From positions 2,558,494 through 2,622,493 of the forward strand of contig NW_003314268.1 of assembly GCF_000143415.4 (NCBI RefSeq): 64,000 nucleotides of DNA, read 5' to 3'. Below are positions 11,442 through 23,055 of this stretch, piece after piece. The notes below the pieces were generated by a model. The model was given only the letters and a program-made list of their open reading frames with translations. It was not told where the DNA came from and did not search any database. Within the stretch, counting starts at the first letter, position 1, and the number at the start of each line of letters is the position of its first letter. The DNA comes from Selaginella moellendorffii (taxonomy: Eukaryota; Plantae; Lycopodiophyta). A program made the position numbers and the translations under genes.

Positions 11442-13419
11442 CTATGTTTGTTCGTCCCTGTAAACCAGCCTCCCACAGTGCCATCTCTTTGCCCTTCTGG
11501 AAACACTGCCCGGAATCTCTTGTAGCATCTCCCTCTCGACATCTGTACACGTTTCCTCGTTGGCCTTTGCGGCCACGTCGATCGAGCCGTGGTCTTTTCT
11601 GGAGCTCTGATCGTCATCGAGCTCAAGCGTCTCCTTATCCCCCGCGAGGATACTTACGTCCCCGGGCTTGCATTCCACCGCCTTGATGGATCGCGCGGCC
11701 TCGGCTAGCAGCTTGCGTGTCTCGAGCAGCGATGCCATTGCGAATTGGTCTTTGAACGCGATGGCTTCCAGAGCTTTAGCAGCGGCTTCAGCCTCAGCCA
11801 TCAACATTCTATACGTGAAAAACACAGCCATGAGTTTTGGAACGATAAGAGAATCCCAAACACTTACTTTGCTCGCTCGGCGGCCTCTTTCTTCTTCGTA
11901 TCAACCAGCAACCGACTCGCCCGCAGTTCGCGGAGTTTCTCGGTCTTCTCCGACGCTCGCAAGTCCACGAACGTTGGTACCGGGGGAGAAAGTTTCTTGG
12001 CTTTATCGGTCGCACTCTCGAGCCTAGAATGCGCAACGCCATTCACCTTCACCGGTGGCTTCTTCTTGAGCACATTCGCAGCTTCTTTATCTTCGCCAGC
12101 CATAACCGCGGACACAAACTTCTCGTTTACGCGTACCCCCGCGGCTGTTCGTCGCGGTTCACCACCAACGAGTGGAATTCCAACTGGTTTTGGAGGTTTC
12201 GGAGGCTTTGGAGGCCTTGCCGGTCTCGGTGGCCGTGGTTCCCTCCGGGGCTTCGAGGATACTTTAGTGTCTCTTACTCGCTGTTTCAGAGCTTTCATCA
12301 CCTTGGTCCTGTACTCCTACACCAAAACACGCAATCTTAAGCTCCTCGAGGAAATGAAGAAAAACTGAAGCTTACTTCCGATTTCCACTTGGCTTTGATA
12401 GCCTCTGAAACTTTCCGGCGGTGCTCATCACTCCATTCCAACCTCCTCTGGCTTCTGGACGTGACTCGCATGCCATCCTTGAGTTGCCTGATTTCTTCTT
12501 TCTCCCGTTGCCTCTCGACATCGTAACTATCCCAATGCAGTTCCTCTTGGTCGTCTCCTCCTTGTCTCGCAGCCTCTGCAATGCATTCTTGCCACTCGGC
12601 CAGGCATTGTTTCTGCAACGCTATGTCCTTGAGCTTTCTTACCCAGTGTTCGTGCACCCCGATGCTGATCTTGGCTTTGATGTCAGCGCTGTAAAACATC
12701 TAGCTTGTCAATCCATCGCGTAACAAAAGAGCAGAAATTTTTTACCTCAAATTTTGCTGGAACCCCCGCAACTTCTCCCTGATCTGTCCATAAAAAACAA
12801 AGACAAAAGATGCAGCTATCATATATGTTTTTCCAAACCTTGGGATCTCTCATCGCCAGTAACGTTCTCTCCCTGATTCGCTTGATAGTCTCTGTCGCGG
12901 AAAGAAAGGAAAAATCTCGATAGCTCAGCAAGTTGGAAAGTAACAAAACAAATCGAGAAACCTGGTGGATGTTTTCTTCCTGTGTTCCAAGGAAGCCGGC
13001 CTTTGTTCGCGGCACTGATTCGTTGCCTCCGCAGCTCTTCCACCTTGAGTTGCTCTTCAGGAGTCCGACCCTTGCATGGCCCCGGCAGCATTTTAAGTCC
13101 CTTGTTCCATGGAACTCTCTTTGGACGCACGCTCAAGCTTTTATCCTTGCCTTCACCTATATAGATGCAAAAGCATCAGCACTCTACCTCAATTTCATCT
13201 GGTACCAGTTTGATCATCCAGACTCTTGTCATGTTGAGCGCTACACACCGTCAGTGCTCCTCTTCTTCCTGGGAACAATCTAATGGAATTCTTTTGCGGG
13301 ATTTCTCTGTCCCAGGAGCTGGCAGATACTCGTGATGCTGGCCTGCGAGACTCCAAGATTTTAAGCATTTCTACTGAGGAGCTTAACGCTTACAAGGCAG
13401 TAGAGCTGCATAGACTCAT
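11442..13419 (-). CDS. NUMOD3-motif (nuclease-associated module) conserved plant protein, probably organelle-targeted
   Basis: RRQRISAANKGRLPWNTGRKHPPETIKRIRERT, WQECIAEAARQGGDDQEELHWDSY and SDEHRRKVSEAIKAKW motifs. Ser-rich N-terminus (MSLCSSTALPASR..) after splicing. Confidence 0.78.
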
Positions 13420-14007
13420 CCCTCGAGAAACACGAAATTCCCCAAAGTTCGTGCCTGCGTCACAAAGTTAGGCAAGATTATGGAGAGGAACTGCCTTACC
13501 AGCTGCATTGCTTGGCGATCACATTGCCAATAAACCCTAGCTCGCTACTCCTATCCGCCAAGAACCCTAAATTTGTAATATCCAGACTGCGCGCAATTAC
13601 GTCCAAGCTCTTTTTGGGAGGACCTAAAGCCCCAACCAGCGTTGATGGGATGATGGACCATATCGCATTTTGCGCTGTGTCTAGACTCAGAGACAATGCG
13701 ACTGGAACCAGCATCCATACAATGCAGCAAATAGCCTGTAAAGGCATCCTAGAGCTTTGTGAACTATAGCAAATACCGCGTCAAGGCATCCTTGAGCTTT
13801 GTAAACTGCAGCAAACACCACCTTGACTTAGAGCTTCTCTGAGGTCACACAAAAGATAACATAAAGAGATCATATCGGAGTTTGACTTTGAGCACCGACA
13901 GAGATGATTTTAAACTTTTCTTCTCCTGCGGTTGGCAATCACGACTTTCTACACTCAGCACTTGATATTTTATCGGAGAGCTTTGTCACTCACTGCATAG
14001 TCCGAGC

Positions 14008-14662
14008 ATGACCCAACTCCTGATCATGGCGCTCCTGATTGGCGTTGTTATCGCAGGGGTACATTCAAAGACTTAAAGCTCCACAAATAATTTTCGGATT
14101 CTTCTTTTTTTCTTTCCAGGCTACTGCATCGTTTCCTGGTCGGTATCATCTGCTGGGCACAAAAAAGGTCGAAAAACCCTCTCTCTTGTTTTTTCCTGAT
14201 CCCGCTAAGCATTTGTTCTAGATTTACGTGCAAATTGTTGGGCGTACCGTAGGCAGCAAGACTCAAACCGAGTTCCCCGTATCCGGGGGGCCCGTACAGC
14301 AGTTCCCCAATTACACTCCAGGATACCAGGCAACGTACAGCGCAAAGTTCACCAAAGCGCTGGATTACTTCTCAGCCCAGCTAGGGACAATCACGGGTTT
14401 TGTTGGTGCCACCACAAACACTTCTACATTCCAGACGGGCACCATAGCTTTCAAGGATGGAAGTGGAAGCATATACTTTTCTGGCACAGCCGATGGATCT
14501 CTCTCCTCCAAGTTTGTTTTCTCCGTTACCAGTGGTATTGGCCGTTACCTTGGAACCTTTGGTGACATTCAAGTTTCACTAGCAAATGTTACTGACAGTG
14601 GAACTAGTATTACAGCTCTCTATACAATCACTCTCTATGCTACTCCAAGGATCCGCAATTAG
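14008..14662 (+). CDS. Secreted divergent dirigent/allene-oxide-cyclase-fold protein
   Basis: Signal peptide MTQLLIMALLIGVVIAG and two short introns. C-terminal FSVTSGIGRYLGTFG resembles the GGTGxF/Y motif. Confidence 0.55.
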
Positions 14663-15819
14663 CCAAGGATCTGGCATTAAAACATAAAACCACTAGGAGG
14701 AATTGCTAACCCCTTATAATGTAAAACTTTTGCACCTATGTAAATCTTAAAGCCAAGTCATCAAACTTCTAAAAATAAATTTAGTATTCCAGTCTGAAAC
14801 CCAGTCTATTTAAGTATAAATATCTCTATTCAAGATTGATAGTTTAATAGTTGTGAAGTTTGTCACAAGTGTCTGAACAACGAGGCACAAAACCGTCCAC
14901 ATGTTGTCTAGTCTACAATTTTATGGCCATAATACATCCATGATGGCATATTTCTATTATCACTTGCATAGATATGGAGTATAATTTTGACTGCCTGCTG
15001 TTTGACTTAGGGCAGTTGTCTTGGTCTCTGATGTTGGTACCCAAGATCAGTAGATGAGTTTTTTGAAGTCTATTTTCTATGTAGATCATTGTTGCAATGT
15101 TGAACTGCCAATGACATATATGGAAGTTTTCCAATTTACCTTTTCTAATTGGGTAGAGGATAAAGAATATAGGGCTGTGGCATTGAAGAAATGTTTATGA
15201 GGAAAGTTAAAAATGTCCATCATTTGCACAGGGATTTGAAAATTTCTTCCAATCAAAGTCTAATTGATTTTGCCACTTGGATGCAACCAAAATTAAAACT
15301 ACTAGTTACTTTGTAATTTAATTTAGAATTTCAGAGCCAATATTGTATAAGTATATGAGGCTCATTGATCCCTCCTAAATCACCATTTCACCAATCATTG
15401 GAATCGATAGCAAAGAAAACCATGTGGTCTAGCTTTTGGGGCTAATATAAAATGTGGTAGGCTTTAGAATATATTACCTTGGTTTGAAGTGTTAGTGTTT
15501 TTGCATGCATTTATGTGCTATTTATGTGCCAAGAACAACAATGTCACCATAAAAGTCCAATCTATAGAAGTCTAAATGGTAGTAGAGGATATGCACCTCC
15601 CTACTGGCATCCAAGAAGTTCCTATTGAAGGAGAACATGAGTATAGAGAGGTAAACAAAGACCATATGGAGATAGATGATGATGTTGAGGATAACTAGTT
15701 GCCTCAAGTGGAGGAAATACCAAATATTCACATTGGATCATGATTTGTATTGCATTCATTATACAACTTGTATATTCTTTAGAGCATCCACTATTTTCTT
15801 ACAGCAATAAAGAAGGCAC

Positions 15820-16200
15820 TAGAGGGCTAAAACCACCCTTTCTTGGGAACATCTGCCAGTCACAAAGCTGCTAGATAGCATCAACATATTTATGTAAATG
15901 TTGTTCTTAAATTGCATGGTGTAGGGTATAATATAAATGCAAGTTCTTGTTCAACTAGAAGCAATGGCTTAACACAAGTGGCCAATACAATAATGTTGTT
16001 ACACTTGCAAGCAAGGAGGACATATAGCTCAATTTGTTCTACATTGTGGGAGCTTGGAGCAATATTGGATGTGGTTATAGAGATGGAGAGCAACAATAAA
16101 AAACCTAGACCTCTAGCATCTGGAGGAAACTTTGGCATTAGAAATAATGGGGATGAAAATATGGTTTTAATGATTGCTAGCTTTGCCAAACTTCTTTAGC
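15820..16200 (+). pseudogene. Possible decayed ankyrin-repeat coding remnant
   Basis: HGVGYNIN...LLHLQARR...CSTLWELGAILDV resembles ankyrin repeats. Heavily degenerate. Confidence 0.25.
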
Positions 16201-16502
16201 TGGGTGGTGAAGCTTTTTTATATTGTGTACTAAATAATCATGCCATACCATGTTAGTGAGAGTGGCAACCAGTCTTAGCAACTCCAAGTCCTTGAGGCCA
16301 ATTTCAAGTAATTGTTTTGTGATGATGGTATTTAAGATGTCCTCACTAATGCATCAAGCATTGTAGGGAAAGAGGACATGTTGGAGGAGATTATGCCTTG
16401 GTATTAGGAAAGATTGTGAGCTAAAATATCCACATTGCTACACTTTCTCAAATTAAATATGTTTATTAGGCAACTACAAATGTGATTTGCAATCTAAGGG
16501 AC

Positions 16503-17935
16503 TGTAAGAACAAATCAGTGGAGCCGAAACCATGCCAAATGCTAATGACTAAGGTAGAAGTCTAATGAGTATAACATGTTTGGACCAAAAACTCCAACTC
16601 GGAAAATCAAGAGTGGGAGTGGAACTCCCAAATAAGTGCTTAAGGAATGAGTATAAAATAATCGATAAGCGAGTTACTTGAAAGGGATATAAGAAGGACC
16701 AACATATGGCAAGTGTCATGACATATAAAAGTGTCAAGACCGAGACTAAGATAGAGATTGAAACTGAGTTTAAGATTGAGATTAAGATTGAGACTGAAAC
16801 CAAGATTAAGACTGAGTCTGAGTCCGAGTCCAAATCCAAAGGTGAAAACCCAAAGCGATCTGAAAAGGGGGTTCCAAAAGTATAGTAAGGAGAGTGTGGG
16901 GGAGAACTTTAGTGAAATTAGTTTAGTTAGGAAAGGTTAGTGTAACCAAGAAAGGCTACACCCATGTGGTGGGTGATGATATAACCATTAAGAAGTCCAA
17001 AGTTAGAGTGAACATCAATAGATAAGTGGGGTTACTTGGTAAAGTGGTCAAAAGTTAGCTCTAGCTCCTTTGGGAAATTGAATGGTTAATGCTCCAAATA
17101 ACACTACTTATTTGGATATCTTATGTGCCTCATCAGAATTTCACTCTAGCCATATGGCTAGAGCACCCTAGAGGCAGAAGGTGGGGGAAGTACCCATGAG
17201 GCTTGTATTGGGCCATGGTGTTTTGAAATGTCAAAGTTGAGTTTGAGATGAAGCTTGTGGCCAAGTCTGAGATGGAGGTCAAGACAAGGTCTGAGATGGA
17301 GTTCAAGTCCAAAACTAAGACTGAAACCAAGACTAAATTTGAGGCCATAGTCGAGATTAAGATTGAGACCAAGTCCAAGTCTTAGTTTGAGTTCAAGTCC
17401 AAATACTAATACAGGTTGTGGGGTGAAAGCTTAAAGCAAACTGTAAGCAACTAAAGAGAACGACTTGAGAGACGGTCCATGGGGTTCAAATATAGAGGGA
17501 AAGGGCTCATGAATAAGAGTGCACCCCCTTTTCCAATTCGTTAAGGGTCTTGGGATAGTTGGAGTTAAGCATCCTTGGGTTTGAATAGTACTGAGCTGGG
17601 TGACCTCCCGGGAAGTCCAAACTCATGAGCTTACACAAACATCCCCTAGGGAGGGAGTCTATAAAGAATTCCAAAAGTATAGTAAGGAGAATGTATAGGA
17701 AGATTTTAATGGAATTAATTTGGCTAGAAAAGGCCAGTGTGACTATGTGGTGGGTGATGATATAACCATTAAAGAGTCCAAGACTAGAGTAAACATAAAT
17801 GAACAACTGAAGTAACTTGGTGAAGTGATCAAGAGTTGGCTTTAGATTAAATGGTCAATGCTCATAATCCAAGTGTGGGTGACACTATCTACTTGGATAC
17901 CTTGCATGGCTCATGGAAATCTCGCTCTAGCTAGC
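16503..17935 (+). mobile_element. Old, rearranged LTR fragments of the element-A family, in the opposite orientation
   Basis: 16570-16640 is the degenerate reverse complement of 23137-23205. Contains decayed GAGTCC/GAGACC hexamer arrays and an internal partial duplication (16840-17160 vs 17420-17935). Confidence 0.8.
17442..17635 (+). mobile_element. Solo LTR carrying the 5S rRNA internal promoter (Cassandra-like TRIM)
   Basis: TGTAAGC...GCTTACA termini and TSD CAAAC (17437-17441 / 17636-17640). 17563-17618 aligns without gaps to the plant 5S A-box/IE/C-box region. Confidence 0.85.
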
Positions 17936-18299
17936 TAGGGTTTTTGAGTGAAAGATGTGTAAAGAGCAACAAGCATATAGATAAGAAACATTCACTTCTC
18001 GCTACCGCAAGAATCATCATGGCATTGCTTGAGCTCCTATGGTGGATTGAGCTTGCCTAGCATGGGCCGCCATGGCTGCCACAAGATGGGGTGTGGCTTA
18101 GACTTGCCACCCGAGCTACCACATGAGGAGTGGTGTTGTGGCTCCCCTCATGGTAGCTTGAAATCAATAGCTTGAATGTGGTTGTGCTAAATATAGTTGT
18201 TTAATTTATGGCTAATTCCTGCACTTAGCCACTTTAATTTGCAATTAATAGTTTTAGTTTTTTTTTTTCATATTTATGCTTGCTCTTTTTAGATTTTAG

Positions 18300-19900
18300 T
18301 GAGTTGCTCAAACATATGCAAGAAGGCAATATTTAGCATGAATACTGCTATCCATGCTACAAGGAACACAGGCACAGTGCGGGCAAAAGAACTTTTCTCA
18401 AGCTTTATCAAACAATCCTTAAGAAAGTGAGTAAACCGAGAATCCTGAACAAATAGAAAATCTTAAATTTCCTAAAGATGAGTTTAAGGAGGAAGAGGAG
18501 AATCAATAAGATGAAGAAGAAGAAAATGATCACCTTGACTTTTTTGGAAAGTCAAATTACATAAAGAAGAATGACTATAAAGTAATTAAGTGGAGCCAAG
18601 GATGGGGTTAAAGAAAAGGAAAAGTGAAAAGTAAATTTATAAAAAGTTTTGGATACAAGTTTATTTAATTATTGCTTGAAGTTCAGAATGAAAGTTATCT
18701 CAAATTTGATATAACATTATTAAATGGAAAACCTAAGCTAGTCTACAATGTCCACCACTTATTGCATCATTAAATTCAAGCTCATACAACATAAAAGCAC
18801 TTGGGGAGGTGAAACTTTCTTTTTGATTGTTAGTCGTCCAAGTTTATTGTGGCAAAGGGGGGTCTAGCACTCTTGAATAAAAATAAAACTTCTTGGAATG
18901 AGTGACTTGACAGAATTCGAGGCTAGTTTAAGGGATGAGACTTATGCTGAATGAAAGAAAGTTCTTTCCAATCAAATGCTACTTGTATAGGAAGGAAATC
19001 ACTAACTTAAGACATGGTTGTCATAGATAGATTTAAACTATTTAAATTCAATTCACGAAGAGATTAGCAACATGAAGATATGGTAGTTAAAACAACTTTT
19101 CCATACATGATTATAGCTATGTAAAACATTCTTCAAGTAGATGTTAGTTTATAGATTATAGATAGGCTTACAGATGAGGAAAAAATATAACTGAATATGA
19201 AAATAGCCAAGGAAAAGAGGTATAGGAAGTATAATAGTTATGCCAAGTTCCCTCGATATATTTATGTACACATCTTATTTGATGTACTTAAATTTGCTAA
19301 AGTACTCATTTCAACTTTTTTTTTGTTTCTTTAGTCTGATATTAATAAGGACTTAGAGAGATTGAAGAAGAAGAGCCTTGATGTTGATGTTGTAGCTATA
19401 AAAGAGTACAAAATCAAGCAAAAATATACATTAAAGATAACGAAGTTGGTCAACCTTTTGCATCCAAATCTTTGGGAGAAATGGTTTAATGTTGTGATGA
19501 GTTTCAATGCAAAGGATCCATAATATAAATAGTGCATAGTCAAGAAGCTGAATATAATAAATTTAGTATGAATTCCAATTTGTACAATCTAGTAGTGTTC
19601 AAGGAGTTAAGAGCAGTTAGTGGATTATTTAAGGTTGTCCACTCCTCAGTTCTAACTGCTAATAAGCTATTTCAAATTTGGTAGAGGAAAAAAGTGATGA
19701 ATATTAAGGTGGTGGAGAAAGTCATTGGGTTTATTGTGGAGGTGGGTGAAGAACTCTTCTTTAAAGTAGATTTATCAAAGTACAAAATAATATTGAAGTA
19801 TTACAATAGTTTAGCATTTTATAGATTTGGCTGCAACTTTAGTTAGTGCCCAGTAATGCCAAGATTGAAGAGGATGACGATGAAGACTAGAGGGATAAGA
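18300..19900 (+). mobile_element. Highly decayed transposase-like region (possibly hAT)
   Basis: A-rich coding-like sequence with many stops. ~19820-19875 reads like DLAATLV..SNAKIE, similar to the hAT dimerisation motif. Weak. Confidence 0.25.
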
Positions 19901-20384
19901 TAAATGATGTAGTAATACAGAAAGTTAGCTAACATCTTGCATATAAGTAACACTTTCATCACTTTGTACTCTTTAAGTTTTAATTTTATTTATTTTTCAG
20001 GTATTTCAAATCTATGTGGAAGGCAATTCCAAATATTGTTGAGCCATGGTTATCCCCTACCTCACCTACCTATATGTATGGGGATGAAAATTTGTCTAAA
20101 ACATACTGGAGTCACAAACTATAAGTGGAAAAATTGTCCTTAGTGGCTAAATTTTCATGTTGCTATAGTGTTAAAGGTGGAGTAAGAAATGTAAAACTCG
20201 CATATGCAAGACTGATTCAAAGAGAAGCAACTCACGACCATAAAAGAGGAATTTCTGATGGAATTTAACGATGTTGATAAGCCTGCTAAAGTGAAGACAC
20301 ATCTAGAAAAGAAGAGGAGAAGGCATGCTACTTGAAAAGCACTAAAGGCATCTACTATATCTAATAAGCCCACGAAATTTCTTT

Positions 20385-20750
20385 AGAAAGATATTGTAAA
20401 GTTTTGTCATAATTGTGATATATATCAAAAATATAAATTAGCTCCAAAGAAGTAAAGTCATGAACTTCATCATATATATATCCATATGAACCATTTTAGA
20501 AATGAGGCTTAGATTTTATTACACCAGTCATGATAAACAACAAGAGAAATAAATATTTGCTAGATGCTACTGATTATGTTACTAAATGGGTGGAAGAAAA
20601 ACCATTTAAAAATGTTAATGCCAAAAGCACAATAAATTTCATCTATAAGAATATAATTTCTAAATTTGGACTACTTAAAAAAATTATGACTGAAAGAGGA
20701 AGTCAATTCATTAATAAGACAATCAAAATTGTGATTCAGGAATTTTTAGC
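20385..20750 (+). mobile_element. Ty3/gypsy integrase remnant (left arm of inverted duplication)
   Basis: NKYLLDATDYVTKWVE...FIYKNIISKFGL..IMTERGSQF is a degenerate integrase core. An inverted homologue lies at 39165-39505. Confidence 0.8.
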
Positions 20751-22545
20751 AATCACTGTACAAGTTAATCTTTCCACCAAGTGCTCGACTGATGTCCATA
20801 AACTTATCACTCCATCATTGTACAAGTTGATCTTTGTGATGTTCACAAGATTTTATCATACTTGAATGGGAAGGGGATGAACATCTTTTGGATTTGCAAG
20901 AAGCATCAGAAGAGAGTGAAATTTTTCTTCATCATCCTTGAAGCTAAGAAGAATCTGAAGAGCATCAACATCAATCTTGCACAACTCTACCAGCTATTAG
21001 ACAAAAGAGAATAGGTGGATTTGGTTGAGCAGATCCATGACAAATTTCTAAATCTCATGTGAGGAGTTCAAAAAATCTTGAGTAGTTGCAAGCCAAGAAA
21101 AATTATAATTTTCCTCTACCTTGCTCCACTATACAAGCTAATCTTTCCACCAACAGTTTGACTGATATCAATGCTTCTTCCCGAAGCAATATAGCCAAAC
21201 TACAATGATGGTATCAACATTAGCGAAGATGAGGATCCTATAGTGGTCAAGCTCTCCACTAGTGAGGAAGAAACACCAACTCCACTAAAGAAACAGGGCA
21301 TGCCATGTTCAAAGTAGGCTTGAATGGTCACCAAAAATCCCAGAGCCAACTAGGGAACACTAGACAAGTCTTGTGAGCAGTCAGCACGATCTACACCAAT
21401 AAAAACCATAAAGAATGAGGAGACCTAAGAAAATTCCAAGTAGTAAAGGAGAAGGGAGTGGCACTAAAAATTTCTCCTCTCAAGCTCGTCGGATGAGGAC
21501 AATAATGAAGTAGTCTATGATGATGTAAGCAGCTCCTTCCATCTGTAAGCGACTAAATTTTCCATTCTACTTTAGTCACTTAACCACACCTTCGACCACT
21601 TGGAGAAGTCTCATTCACAACCTCCATAAGTCCAATTCAGGACTTGGGACTTGCTAGCCCCAGGAATGGCATCCATGCCACTCAACACTGGCACCTGGTC
21701 CAAGTGCTCCACGTGTCCGATCCCATGACCGACACTCAAAGGTACCACCAATATGGCAGCCCGTTACGCTAAGGCCATGCCCAATCACCTTTGCCACACT
21801 GTAGTCCAATACCACTTGCATCACAGTCTTGGCTCTCCAAGACTGGGCCAACCATCCGTGAGTGGTCATCTCAGATCCACTCCTTAGCATCCTTAGGATG
21901 CCCACCGACATGGGGAACAGCCTTCCCCAATGTCCCTCTGTCAGTCCCCCCTAAGTCCCTTTCTGCCCCTGGCCGTGTTTGCCAACACTGCCACTGGATC
22001 GAGGCCCACAGGCCCGACCACTAAGTCCCACGGTCCTCTAGAACTTCCTCACCACACGACTGTGTCCTTGGTCACTACCCCAGAGGACTACTCCTCTTCC
22101 TTTCCACAGTCTGGGCCTTTGGGACAACATTTCGGAACACCGTGGCCTTACGCGAGCCACCTGGGTACTCTCCCCGCCTTCTGCCCTTGGGTGCTCTAGC
22201 CATGGGCTTAGAGCGAGGTTCCGTTGAGCCACGCCTGGTATCCAAGTAGGTAGTGCCACCCACACTTGGACTGGGAGCATCGGCCAGTCGATCTCCTGGG
22301 GGAACTAGAGCCGGCTCTTGAACACTTCACCAAGCTACCCCGCTTGTCGGTCCGTGTTCACTCTAGTCTTGGACTTCCCAGTGGGCAGCTCATCACCCAA
22401 CACTGGGTCCGGCCTTCCTGGGCCAAACTGGCCTTTCCTGGCCAAACTGGCTCCACTGCAGTCCTCCCCCTACTATACTTTTGGAGCTCACCGAACCCCC
22501 CAGGGTTTGGGAGACGAACGCTTTGGGCTTTCACCCTCTCAGGCT

Positions 22546-22651
22546 CCGGACTCGGACTCGGACTCGGACTCGGACTCGGACTCGGATTCGGACTCGGACT
22601 CGGGCTCGGGCTCGGTCTCGGCCTCGGCCTCGGTCTCGGTCTCGGTCCTGA

Positions 22652-22683
<32 letters not shown>

Positions 22684-23055
22684 CCGGTCTCGGTCTCGAC
22701 TTTGGACTCCATCTCGGACTCCATCTCGGACTCCATCTTGGACTCCATCTCGGGTCCATCTCAGGTCCATCTCGGGTCCATCTCGGACTCCATCTCGGGT
22801 CCATCTCGGACTCCATTTCGGGTCCCATCTCGGGTCCACCTCGAACTCCATCTCGGACTCCATCTCGGGTCCATCTCGGACTCCACTTCGGACTCCAACT
22901 CGGGTCCACCTCGGACTCCACTTCGGACTCCAACTCGGGTCCATCTCGGACTCCACTTTGGACTCCAACTCGGGTCCATCTCGGACTCCACTTCGGACTC
23001 CAACTCGGGTCCATCTCGGACTCCACTTCGGACTCCAACTCGAGTCCATCTCGAA
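22546..23055. repeat. LTR-internal satellite: (GGACTC)n, (GGTCTC)n, then 12-mers CTCGG(AC/G)TCCAT
   Basis: Directly visible and stop-free in several frames. Confidence 0.95.

Noticed and set aside
13730-13820. Short ~42-bp tandem duplication (similar one at 23398-23483)
   Set aside because: Two copies only, consistent with ordinary slippage.
17563-17618. Functional 5S rRNA gene
   Set aside because: Only the internal ~56 nt is present. There is no 5' GGATGCG end or T-run terminator, and it lies within an LTR.
22546-23055. CRISPR-like array
   Set aside because: Contiguous tandem units without unique spacers, in a eukaryotic context.
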